Shown here piece by piece: positions 9,286-18,400 of a DNA stretch of 64,000 bases; positions within the stretch are counted from its first letter, which is position 1, and every line of letters starts with the position of its first letter. Below the pieces are notes generated by a model. It was not told the origin of the DNA. It searched no databases and worked only from the letters and a program-made list of their open reading frames with translations. The position numbers and the translations under genes were made by a program. Location: NCBI GenBank assembly GCA_963695975.1, contig CAVOIB010000001.1:65149-129148 (forward strand), in the 5' to 3' direction. The DNA is from an uncultured Actinomycetes bacterium. Lineage in GTDB: Bacteria; Actinomycetota; UBA4738; HRBIN12.

Positions 9286-10367
9286 CGCGGCAGATCTCGC
9301 AGTCGGAGATCGTCTTCCAGGATGGTCACCAGTTCCGTGAGCGCCCGGCCGACCGCCGCGCCGTCGATCACCCGATGGTCGAACGTGAGCGAGATCGTGC
9401 ATGCGGGCCGTGCGACCACGGCGCCGTTCACGACGAGCGCCCTCGGTTGGATCACGCCGAGGGCCACCGTCACGGCGTTCCCGGGATTGAGGAGCGGCGT
9501 GCCCGCCTCCGAACCGTAGGAGCCCGTGTTGCTGACGCCGATCGTGGCGCCCGTCACCTCGTCGGGGTGGAGATGTCCGCCCCGGGCGGACTCCGCCAGC
9601 CGCCGGATCTCGGCGGCGATCGCGGTGACGCCCATCGCCTGCGCGTCCCGCACGACCGGGACCACCAGCCCGCGATCGGTGTCGGCGGCGATCCCGACGT
9701 GCACGTGATCGGGCACGCGGATCGCGTCGTCGGCCCAGGAGGCGTTGATGAGCGGATGGCCGGCGCAGGTCCGTACGAGCGCCGCCACGAACACCGGCAA
9801 CGGGGAGACCTCCAGCTCGCGTCGGTAGGCGTCGAGCGCCGTGCAGTCGAGCGTCCGGAACGTGGTGACCTGGGGGATGGCGGCGACCTCCGACAGCCGT
9901 CGCGCGATGGTGCGCCTGACCGCGTTCACGGCCATCCGTTCGGATCCGGACGCCGCAGTGCCGCCCCCGGCGGCCGCCCGAACGTCGTCGGCGGTGACGC
10001 GGCCCCCCGGCCCGGATCCGGAGACGTTCCCCAGTTCGACGCCGATCTCTTTCGCCAGCTTCCGCACGGCCGGGGTGGCGCCGGCGGGCGCGGCCGTTGC
10101 CGGAACAGCGGCGGCAGCCTCCTCGCTCGCCACCGAGAACGTCACCAGCGGCGCGCCGACCGCGATGGTCTCGCCGACCGACCCGTGCAGCGAAGCGACA
10201 CGCCCGCTCATGGGAGATGGGATCTCGACGGTCGCCTTCGCGGTCTCCACCTCGACGAGCGGCTGGTCGAGCTCGACGTCGTCGCCCTCGGCGACGAGCC
10301 ATCCCACGATCTCGCCGTCCTCCAACCCTTCGCCGAGATCCGGCATGGCGAACACCCGCTCGGCCAT
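9282..10367 (-). CDS. dihydrolipoamide acyltransferase (E2) of a branched-chain/2-oxoacid dehydrogenase complex
   Basis: Lipoyl domain (VETAKATVEIPSP), a linker, and a catalytic domain ending DHRVIDGAAVGRALTEL. Starts at MAERVFAMPDLGEG. Confidence 0.85.
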   Translation of the reverse strand: MAERVFAMPDLGEGLEDGEIVGWLVAEGDDVELDQPLVEVETAKATVEIPSPMSGRVASLHGSVGETIAVGAPLVTFSVASEEAAAAVPATAAPAGATPAVRKLAKEIGVELGNVSGSGPGGRVTADDVRAAAGGGTAASGSERMAVNAVRRTIARRLSEVAAIPQVTTFRTLDCTALDAYRRELEVSPLPVFVAALVRTCAGHPLINASWADDAIRVPDHVHVGIAADTDRGLVVPVVRDAQAMGVTAIAAEIRRLAESARGGHLHPDEVTGATIGVSNTGSYGSEAGTPLLNPGNAVTVALGVIQPRALVVNGAVVARPACTISLTFDHRVIDGAAVGRALTELVTILEDDLRLRDLPR

Positions 10368-11341
10368 CAGTACGTCACCGTCCGGCGCACGGCCTCGGCG
10401 ATCCGTTCGACGCTTGGCAGGTAGTGCTGCTCCAGCGACGCCGGCGGATATGGCGTGTCCCACCCGGTCACTCGCGCGACCGGCGCCTCCAGATGATCGA
10501 ACGCCTCGTCCATCACGCGCGCCGCGATCTCCGCGCCCATCCCGAGCGTCCGCGCGGCCTCGTGCACGACGACCACCCGCCCCGTCTCGCGGACGCACCG
10601 CCCGATCAGGCCCAGGTCGAGCGGCGACAGCGACCGAAGGTCGACGACGCGGGCCTCGATCCCCTCCGCGGCGAGCGCGTCGGCCGCCTCGACCGAACGC
10701 GCGACCATCGCGCCGTACGTCACGATCGCGCAGCCGTCGCCCCCGCGGACGATCCGCCCCTCGCCGATGCCCGGGCCCTCGACGGTCAACTCGCCGTCTT
10801 CCTTCGTCCAATAGCGGGCCTTGGGCTCCAGCACGATCACCGGGTCGGGGTCGGCGATCGCCAGGCGGAGCAACCGGTACGCGTCCAGCGGCGACGAAGG
10901 CACGACGACCTTCAAGCCGGCCGTATGAACGTAGTAGGTCTCCGGGCTCTCGCCATGGTGCTCCTTCCCGCGGATCCCGCCGAACGAGGGGATCCGGATC
11001 GTGATCGGCATCTCGACGCGGCCGCGCGTGCGCTCGCGGTACTTGGCCACGTGGCTGATCACCTGGTCGAGCGCCGGGTAGCTGAACCCGTCGAACTGCA
11101 ACTCGACGACCGCCTTCCATCCGGCCAGCGCCAGGCCGACCGCGGCGCCGGTCATCGCCGCCTCCGCGATCGGCGTGTCGAACACGCGCTCGGCGCCGAA
11201 CTCCTCCTGCAACCCGTCGGTGACGCGGAACACCCCGCCGAGCGCCCCGACGTCCTCTCCGTAGACGAGGACGCGCGGATCCTCGGCGAGCGCGTGCCGG
11301 AGCGCGGCGTTCAGCGCGGCCGACATCGTGATCTCAGGCAT
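10367..11341 (-). CDS. 2-oxoacid dehydrogenase E1 component, beta subunit
   Basis: Transketolase-like pyrimidine-binding and C-terminal domains (MPEITMSAALNAALRHALAEDPRVLVYGEDVG…). Confidence 0.9.
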   Translation of the reverse strand: MPEITMSAALNAALRHALAEDPRVLVYGEDVGALGGVFRVTDGLQEEFGAERVFDTPIAEAAMTGAAVGLALAGWKAVVELQFDGFSYPALDQVISHVAKYRERTRGRVEMPITIRIPSFGGIRGKEHHGESPETYYVHTAGLKVVVPSSPLDAYRLLRLAIADPDPVIVLEPKARYWTKEDGELTVEGPGIGEGRIVRGGDGCAIVTYGAMVARSVEAADALAAEGIEARVVDLRSLSPLDLGLIGRCVRETGRVVVVHEAARTLGMGAEIAARVMDEAFDHLEAPVARVTGWDTPYPPASLEQHYLPSVERIAEAVRRTVTY

Positions 11342-12464
11342 CGCCGAGCGCCTCCGCTCGCTGGCGCAGGAACGCCGGCGGCGGATCCGCGTACGTCCAG
11401 TCGAACATCCACTCGGTTGGCGGCGCCTCGGTGGCGACGAGGTCCGCGCGGATCTGGGCGACGCGCGCGCCAGCCTGCGCTTCGCAGTCCGCGACGAACA
11501 CCTCGTCGGCGTGACCGGCCGCGAGGAGCCACGCCCGGTACCGCTCGATCGGATCCTGCGCGCGCCAGCGTTCGACCTCGGCCTCGTCACGGTAGCGGCC
11601 GGCGTCGTCGGCGGTCGTGTGCGGTCCCATGCGGTAGGTCATCGCCTCGATCAGCGTGGGTCCCTCGCCGGCGCGCGCGCGCGTCACGGCCTCCTTCGTC
11701 ACCTGATAGACGGCGAGGACGTCGTTCCCGTCCACGCGTACCCCGGGGAAGCCGTAGCCTTCGGCGCGCTTCCAGATCTCGCCGGTGGTCTGCGACGTGG
11801 TCGGCACGCTGATCGCCCACCCGTTGTTCTGGCAGAACAGGATCGCCGGCGAGCCGAACACCGATGCCATGTTCGCGGCCTCGTGGAAGTCGCCCTCGCT
11901 CGCTGAGCCGTCGCCGAAGTACGCGATCGCGCACGCCGAGATCCCGTCGAGCCGGAGCCCCATCGCGTAGCCGACGGCGTGCGCGATCTGGGTCGCGGTC
12001 GGCACGCAGATCGGCGCGAACCGCGTGGCGCGCGGATCGTACGGGCCTCCGTGCCAGGTTCCCCGGTGGTAGTGGAGGTACTGCACGGGATCCACCCCTC
12101 GGACGAGGGCCACCGCCAGTTCGCGGAAGGACGGGAACACGAAGTCGTCGGCCCCGAGTGCGAACGCCGAGCCAACCTGGGCGGCCTCCTGGCCTTCGAA
12201 CGGCGGGTAGACGGTCAGCTCCCCCTGGCGCTGGAGCGCGAAACAGGCGCGATCCAGCTGGCGCGCGAGCAGCATCCAGCGCAACAGCTCTCGGAGCTCG
12301 TCGGGCTCGAGCCCGACGTCGGGATCCCCGGTGGGGGTGCCGTCGGGCGCGATGAGACGGAACGGCTCGCTGCCGCCCCGGGGATCGATTGCTGCCAAGG
12401 CTTCAGCTCCTGCGCCGGGAACGCCGAGAGCATAGGGGATGGCGCCGTTCGCTAGACTCCGCAA
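11334..12464 (-). CDS. 2-oxoacid (branched-chain keto-acid / pyruvate-type) dehydrogenase E1 component, alpha subunit
   Basis: TPP-binding GDG(X)nN motif (FGDGSASEGDFHEAANMA…NNGWAIS) and a PDGTPT N-terminal motif. The start is uncertain: TTG at 12464 would overlap the divergent gene. Confidence 0.85.
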   Translation of the reverse strand: MRSLANGAIPYALGVPGAGAEALAAIDPRGGSEPFRLIAPDGTPTGDPDVGLEPDELRELLRWMLLARQLDRACFALQRQGELTVYPPFEGQEAAQVGSAFALGADDFVFPSFRELAVALVRGVDPVQYLHYHRGTWHGGPYDPRATRFAPICVPTATQIAHAVGYAMGLRLDGISACAIAYFGDGSASEGDFHEAANMASVFGSPAILFCQNNGWAISVPTTSQTTGEIWKRAEGYGFPGVRVDGNDVLAVYQVTKEAVTRARAGEGPTLIEAMTYRMGPHTTADDAGRYRDEAEVERWRAQDPIERYRAWLLAAGHADEVFVADCEAQAGARVAQIRADLVATEAPPTEWMFDWTYADPPPAFLRQRAEALGDA

Positions 12465-13272
12465 CGTGGTTCCCAGCGCCTACCTCCGGGTGTTCCAGCC
12501 GATCGATGCGTTCGAGCGTCACGAGCAAGCGCACTGGGAGCGCTACCTGGTGGATGGGACACGCTCGGTGGCCTTCCGCCCGCGATACGTCGACCGTGCG
12601 ACGAGCGGACGCCTGGGGATGATGGCGCCGGCGGACGGCGAACACGCGGAGGTCAGAGTGATCGACGGCCGGACCTACGTGAGCCCGTGGCGGATGCGTC
12701 TCCGCGTGCTGGCCTCGCTGCTGTCGTTCGTGGAGTCGGCGCCGCTGGAGCTCTCTGAGCAGTTCGTCTCGAAGCAGGACGCGAAACGTGCGGCGAAGGA
12801 GCTGAACAAGATGCGGCGGCGGGACCCGCATACCGTCGCGTTCGTGCATCAGAGCCCCTGGCACGTGCCGATCCGGTGGTTCGTCTTGTTCGACGACGGC
12901 GAACGGTGGCTGGGCGAGGACGAGTTCGGGCGGACACGACTCCGGTATCGGACCACGGCGCGCCGGGCGATGCGCAGGGCGGAGCGCGCGGTCCCGGTCT
13001 TACGGCGGACCGACCTGGGCCCGATCTCCGAGCTCATCGTCGACCTGCACCAGTGGCTCGCGGCGTTCGATCAAGCCTCGCTGTTGGAGCTCGACTACGC
13101 GACGCTCTGCGACTTCATGACGTGGGACGAACTCGACGACGATCGGTCGTCGCGCGATCTTCACGAGGCGCTCGACGCGCTGGAGCGCGAAGAGTTCCCG
13201 CGCTCGGCGGACATCTACCAGGGTGTGTTGACGCACTGGGCCGAGGTCCGCAGCCGCGAGATCATGAACTGA
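12439..13272 (+). CDS. hypothetical protein
   Basis: 277-aa ORF with protein-like composition, divergent from the dehydrogenase operon. Its start may lie downstream of 12439. Confidence 0.4.
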   Translation: MAPFARLRNVVPSAYLRVFQPIDAFERHEQAHWERYLVDGTRSVAFRPRYVDRATSGRLGMMAPADGEHAEVRVIDGRTYVSPWRMRLRVLASLLSFVESAPLELSEQFVSKQDAKRAAKELNKMRRRDPHTVAFVHQSPWHVPIRWFVLFDDGERWLGEDEFGRTRLRYRTTARRAMRRAERAVPVLRRTDLGPISELIVDLHQWLAAFDQASLLELDYATLCDFMTWDELDDDRSSRDLHEALDALEREEFPRSADIYQGVLTHWAEVRSREIMN

Positions 13273-13293
13273 TCTGGAAAGGGCCGTGGCGCG

Positions 13294-14112
13294 ATGCCGA
13301 CGGCAACGTTCATCGTGACTGGCGCGACCGGGGCGATCGGGGGCGCGGCGGCGCAGTCGCTGGCCAATGGTGGATCGACCGTCGTCCTGGTGACCCGCAA
13401 CGAAGGACGAGCGGAGCCGGTTCGTGAGCGGGTCGAACGTGCCGGTGGCACGGCCGAGATAGCGGTGGCCGACCTGGCGCGACCGGAGTCGGTCCGAGCG
13501 TTCGTCGCGTCGTTCCGCGAAGCCCACGAGCGACTCGACGGACTGGTCAACTGCGCCGCGGTCATGACGCGGGACCGCACCTTGACACCGGAGGGCGTCG
13601 AGCTGATGTTCGCGACCAACCACCTGGGTCCGTTCCTCCTGACGAACCTCCTCTTGCCGTCGCTGGAGACCGGCGGGCCGGCTCGGGTCCTCACGGTGTC
13701 AGCGCCGTCCACGGTTGCGGTCGACCTGGATGACTTGCAGAGCGAGCGATCCTTCCGCGGGATGCGTGCGTTCGGCGCTTCGAAGACGGCGAACCTGTTG
13801 TTCACGTTCGCGCTCGCGCGGCGACTCGACCCAGCCGAAGTGACGGCGAACGCGTTGCATCCCGGACTCGTCAAGTCGTCGCTCACGAGAGAGATGCCCG
13901 GACCGGCCCGCGGCGTCATGCGGTTGGTCTCGGCAGAGCCGGCCCACGCGGGTGACACGATCGGCGAGCTCATGACCTCACCGCGTTTCGCGGGCGTTAC
14001 GGGTCGCTTCTTCAAGGGAACGCGCCCGATCGAACCACCCAAGGTGGCCTCGGACGAAGCCGCCCAGGAACGGCTGTGGGAAGAGAGCGCCCGCCTCACG
14101 GGGTTGGGCTGA
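13294..14112 (+). CDS. SDR-family oxidoreductase
   Basis: TGATGAIG Rossmann motif, NCAA, and an S…K catalytic signature. Confidence 0.8.
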   Translation: MPTATFIVTGATGAIGGAAAQSLANGGSTVVLVTRNEGRAEPVRERVERAGGTAEIAVADLARPESVRAFVASFREAHERLDGLVNCAAVMTRDRTLTPEGVELMFATNHLGPFLLTNLLLPSLETGGPARVLTVSAPSTVAVDLDDLQSERSFRGMRAFGASKTANLLFTFALARRLDPAEVTANALHPGLVKSSLTREMPGPARGVMRLVSAEPAHAGDTIGELMTSPRFAGVTGRFFKGTRPIEPPKVASDEAAQERLWEESARLTGLG

Positions 14113-14202
14113 CCAGGATGACGGGACGCCAGTTCACGACCGGAGGGGAGGCACAGCATGAAGATCGGCGTGCTCGGAACGGGATGGTCGGACAGACGAT
14201 CG

Positions 14203-14275
14203 TGGCCAGGGGCAGAATCGAACTGCCGACACCGCGGTTTTCAGCCGCGTGCTCTGCCATCTGAGCTACCTGGCC
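14203..14275 (-). tRNA. tRNA-Phe (GAA)
   Basis: Cloverleaf read by hand. Acceptor GGCCAGG/CCTGGCC, anticodon loop CTGAAAA, T-loop TTCGATT. CCA is not encoded. Confidence 0.85.
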
Positions 14276-14284
14276 CGGTGGAGC

Positions 14285-14362
14285 TGGCGCGGGTGACGGG
14301 CTTCGATCCCGCGATCTTCGCCTTGACAGGGCGATGAGGACTCCGGACTCCTCCACACCCGC
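14285..14362 (-). tRNA. tRNA-Asp (GTC), CCA encoded, atypical T-loop ATCGAAG
   Basis: Acceptor GCGGGTG/CACCCGC; anticodon stem TCGCC/GGCGA with loop CTGTCAA; T-stem GCGGG/CCCGT. Confidence 0.7.
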
Positions 14363-14382
14363 GTGTATTCGGTTGTGCTGCG

Positions 14383-14455
14383 TGCCCCCAACGGGATTCG
14401 AACCCGTGCCGCCGCCTTGAAAGGGCGGTGTCCTAGGCCGCTAGACGATGGGGGC
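14383..14455 (-). tRNA. tRNA-Glu (TTC)
   Basis: GCCCCCATCGTCTAGCGG…CCCTTTCAAGG…GGTTCGAATCC…TGGGGGCA. Standard actinobacterial gluT-like sequence. Confidence 0.9.
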
Positions 14456-14836
14456 TTGCCTGCCCAGCTGCTCAACGGCCACGAGAGGCGCAGCCGGAAG
14501 AGTATAGCGACGGCGGTGCGCCCCCACCCGCTTGAGATGGTCGCCGACCCGGACGTCGGCGCCGATGTGAGACTCGAGGACCCGCCGAGCGCGGCGGCAG
14601 AACAAGACGCGTCCGCTCGGCGCTCGCACGACGCGGATGACCCGCCAGCTGCTATCGAGGAAGACCACGGTGATCGGTGTCAGCATCCCGAACGTGTGGA
14701 CGGAGCGGCACCGTTCGATGAGGAGGGCTTCGTCTGGGGCGAGGCGATCGCGGCCGCGCAACCCGCGCGTCCGCTCGCGATGCGTCCGAGGGATCGCTGC
14801 ATCGAACGCGCGCTGACTCTGGGTGGCTACCACCAT
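14441..14836 (-). CDS. DUF192-family protein
   Basis: …RTRGLRGR…SVHTFGMLTPITVVFLD… matches the DUF192 core. The ORF's last 5 codons and TAG stop lie inside tRNA-Glu. Confidence 0.55.
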   Translation of the reverse strand: MVVATQSQRAFDAAIPRTHRERTRGLRGRDRLAPDEALLIERCRSVHTFGMLTPITVVFLDSSWRVIRVVRAPSGRVLFCRRARRVLESHIGADVRVGDHLKRVGAHRRRYTLPAAPLVAVEQLGRQAPIV

Positions 14837-14855
14837 GGTCCGCACCGCTCGAAAC

Positions 14856-15266
14856 CTAGGCGGTGTGGCCGACATCGGCCCAGCGGAGAACGATCTCCCT
14901 GACGTCCCTCGAGCCAAGCACCGACGCCGCGTGCTCTGAGCTCATGCCTGCAACGAACGACGTGACGCTCTCGACCGCGTCCTGGCCAGCGTCGGCTGCG
15001 CCGCCGTCATCGCCAACGGCGTCCAGCGAACGCACGCCATCGCGTCGGAGGATGACCGAGACGGTCGGCCGTCGTGAGCCCTGCTCGAGGAGCGCCGAGC
15101 CGAGCACGATCCGCGCCGAGGTCTCGTACTTCTCACGGCCGATCGCTCGAGCGATCTCGATCCCCTGGATCCCTGCTTCCTCCGCGACCTGCCAACGATC
15201 CTGGAGCGATGCGATCTCGGCTCGGGTGACCGAGAGTCGGCCGGGCGCCATTTCGCCGGACTCCAC
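14856..15266 (-). CDS. hypothetical protein
   Basis: 136-aa ORF between the coupled small ORF and DUF192. No recognised domain. Confidence 0.3.
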   Translation of the reverse strand: MESGEMAPGRLSVTRAEIASLQDRWQVAEEAGIQGIEIARAIGREKYETSARIVLGSALLEQGSRRPTVSVILRRDGVRSLDAVGDDGGAADAGQDAVESVTSFVAGMSSEHAASVLGSRDVREIVLRWADVGHTA

Positions 15267-15277
15267 CAGTGAATCGG

Positions 15278-15472
15278 CTAGTTAGCGAAGTCGACGTCGC
15301 CAAGCTCGAGCGTGAACGCTCGATCCAAGACCTTTGGGCTAGACGCGTACGTCGTCTCGTCCGCATTGACTGTGCCGAAAATTCCCTCCTGCGTCCGCCC
15401 TTGGGCGTCACGACCTGACTCAAGAACGCTCGACAGGTCCGAGAAGTAGTACTCGACGCGCGCAAGGTTCAT
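15278..15472 (-). CDS. hypothetical 64-aa protein; start overlaps the stop of the cyclase-ATPase gene (ATGA)
   Basis: ATG/TGA overlap and a locally lower-GC segment. No homology recognised. Confidence 0.3.
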   Translation of the reverse strand: MNLARVEYYFSDLSSVLESGRDAQGRTQEGIFGTVNADETTYASSPKVLDRAFTLELGDVDFAN

Positions 15473-18400
15473 CTCGTCGAGCCGCCGGCCGCCGCAGCTC
15501 GCGCGGCGAAGCCGCGCCGGAGGGCATCGTCATCGATGTGGCGCGTCACCTCGTCGGCGATCGCACGGATCTCGCGCCGAGCATCGGCGGCGCCGTCGGC
15601 GTCTCCGCGCCGACCGCGGATCTCGGCGAGGACCTCGAGCGCGGACCATCGCGCCAGGCGCTCGCCCAGCCGGCTCGAGCGCTCGAGCGACTCGCCGACG
15701 AGGCGTTCGGCGTCGTCGAGCTCGCCGGCGGCGACCCGCGCCCTCGCGAGCGTCGCGAGCGCCTCCGCGACGAAGATCTCGGCGCCGGTCGCCCGGAGCC
15801 GCTCGAGGAGGGGCTCGGCGGCTCCGGCCGCGGCGGCCGGAGCGCCGGCCGCGAGCTCGAGCCTGGAGCGGGTGAGCCCGGCCGCCGCGACCGTGAACGA
15901 TCGTTGGATCTCGGGCAGCTTCGCCGAGACGAACCCCGCCAACGCCTCCCGCGCTCCTTCGAGGTCGCCGAGCGCGAGCAACGCCTCGGCGCGGGCCACG
16001 GTGGCGACCATGACGCCCGGCGCGATCCGCTCGAGCGCGATCGCGTACGCCTCGTCCGCGAGCGCGAGCGCCCGTTCGCCGTCGCCGGCCCACGCCACCA
16101 CACTGGCGAACTCGGCTCGGGATTCGACGGCGGCGTACGCGAAGCCACCCTGCTCACCGAGCTCGCGGGATCCGTCGATCGACGCGATCGCGTCGCCGAC
16201 CCGCCCGAGGTCGAGCTCGATCCGGTAGACGGGGATGAGCGCGTACGAGGCGCCCCAGCGGTTGCCGATCTCCTCGGAGATCGCGAACGCCCGGCGCGCC
16301 TCCTCCATCGCGTTCGCGTGCTCGCCCCGGATCAACCGCATCAGGCTCGAGGCCGTGAGGTTCTCCCCGAGCATCGGGATGTTCCCGAGCTCCTCCCAGA
16401 TGCCGCGCGCCTCGGACAGCCGCTCCCAGGCGGTCGGGAAGTCGCCCCTGCTCATGTCGGCGCGCGAGACGTCCTGGAGCGTGAACGCGACCTGCTCGCG
16501 CGCGCCCAGCTCCCGCGCGATCGCGAGCGACGCCTCGCCGGCCTCGACCGCGCGGTCGTCGTCGCCGTTCCCGTAGATGTTCGAGACGACGACGTTCCAG
16601 AGCGCACGCGCCTCGGCCGCCCGGTCACCGAGGCGCCGCGCCACGACGGCGTTCTCCTCGGAGAGCTTCCGTCCGACCTCGGGGTCGAACAGCGGCGAGG
16701 GGGTTCCGTACAGCAGCGCGAGCGCCATGTTCGCGTCGAGCTCCATCGCCTCGTCACCGCGCTCGCGCGCGATCTTGCGCATCTCCTCGTACCCCGCCAC
16801 CGCCTCGTGATGACGGCCCGCGACCTCGAGCGACCCGCCCCGTTCGCCGAACGCCGATCGCAGCACCTCGGCGTCGGCACCGAGCCGGAGCCCCGCGTCG
16901 ATCGCCGTCCGGTAGTGCGCCGCCGCCTCGCTGTTGGCGTACAGCCGTCGCGCCGTCTCGCCCGCGAGCAGCGCGAAGCGGAGGGTCGCCTCGTCGTCCC
17001 CCGCCTCTACGTAGTGGTGCACGAGCAGCGCGGCGACATCGGCGAGCCGGTCGGCGCTGCCGGCCTCGATCCCCTCCGCGACCCGGTGGTGGATCTCGCG
17101 GCGGTGTTTCACGAGCAGCGAGTCGTACGCCGCCTCCTGCGTGAGCGCGTGTCGGAACGTGTACTCGCCGGGCGATCCCGTGACGGCGCGGATCAGGTCG
17201 CGCCGCTCGAGCTCGCGCAGGTCGCCGCCGACCTCGCCGTCCCCGATCACCGACCGAAGCACGTCCTCGTCGAACGTCCGCCCGATCACGGCGGCGGTCT
17301 GGAGCGTGCGCCGGGTGCGTTCGGGCAACCGGTCGAACCCGACCGTGATCAGGCTCTGCACCGTGTTCGGGATAGAGCGGACGGCGATGTCGTCGGTCAG
17401 GCGCAAGACCTCGCCCGCGCGTTCGAGCGCACCCGCGTCGACGAGCGAGCGGACGACCTCCTGCACGAACAGCGGGTTGCCCTCGGTGCGCTCGAGGATC
17501 CGGTCGCGGAGCTCAGGCGGCAGCTCGGCGCCGGGCAGGAGCTCGTCGATCAGCCGCTCGCTCTCGCGTCCGTCGAGCGGCTCGAGGGCGATCGTCTCGG
17601 TGCGATCCGCCAGCTCGCGCTCGAGCCACTCCTTGAAGCCCCATGAGACGGCGTTCGGATCGGGACGGAACGTCGCCACGACCACGTACGGCTGCTCGGC
17701 GACGAGCGCGGTCGTCGCGCGGACGAGGTCGAGCGACGCCTGGTCGCACCAATGCAGGTCCTCGAAGACGATCAGGTGCCGGCCGCCGTGCACGAGCGTC
17801 GCACCTACGACGAGCTCAGTCGCGGCGCGCTGGAACGCTTCGCCCTCGAGCGGCTCCTCGTCCTCGAGCTCGACACCGAGCAGCGCGCGGGTCACCCGCT
17901 CGCTCTGCTCGCGGAAGTCCTCGTGTGCGAGCGCGCCCATCAACGCCGCGATCTTCGAGCGCGCGACGTCCGGTGGATCGCGCTCGTCGATCCCAGCTCG
18001 CTCGCGGATCAGACGCCGATACTGCGCATACGGCTGCATGGCGTCGTACGGCACGCAATACCAGCGGTCCCACCGCCGGTCGTCCTCCGGTTCGAGCTCG
18101 GCCCAGATCGCGTCCGCCTCCTCGACGAGCCGGCTCTTGCCGATGCCGGGCTCACCGACGAGGAGCACCACTGTGCCGACCCCTTGACCGGTGCGCTCGA
18201 GCGCCGAGCGCACGCGCTCGAGCTCGCGCTCGCGGCCGACGAGTGGGGTCTCGAGCGTCCGTCCCGCGCGCACCCGCCACGGCGCCGCGAGCCGCCCGCG
18301 GACGCGGTACGCCGGCAGGGGTTCGCGCTTGCCCTTCACCTCGATGCGCCCGAGGTCCTCGACGTCGAACAGGTCCGCGACGAGCCGGAACGTGTCCTCG

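Noticed and set aside
9286-10302. Upstream 339 aa of ORF 8371..10302
   Set aside because: Arg/Gly-rich low-complexity translation that lies inside the E2 gene in another frame. The true binding-protein start is ATG 9285, overlapping the E2 stop.
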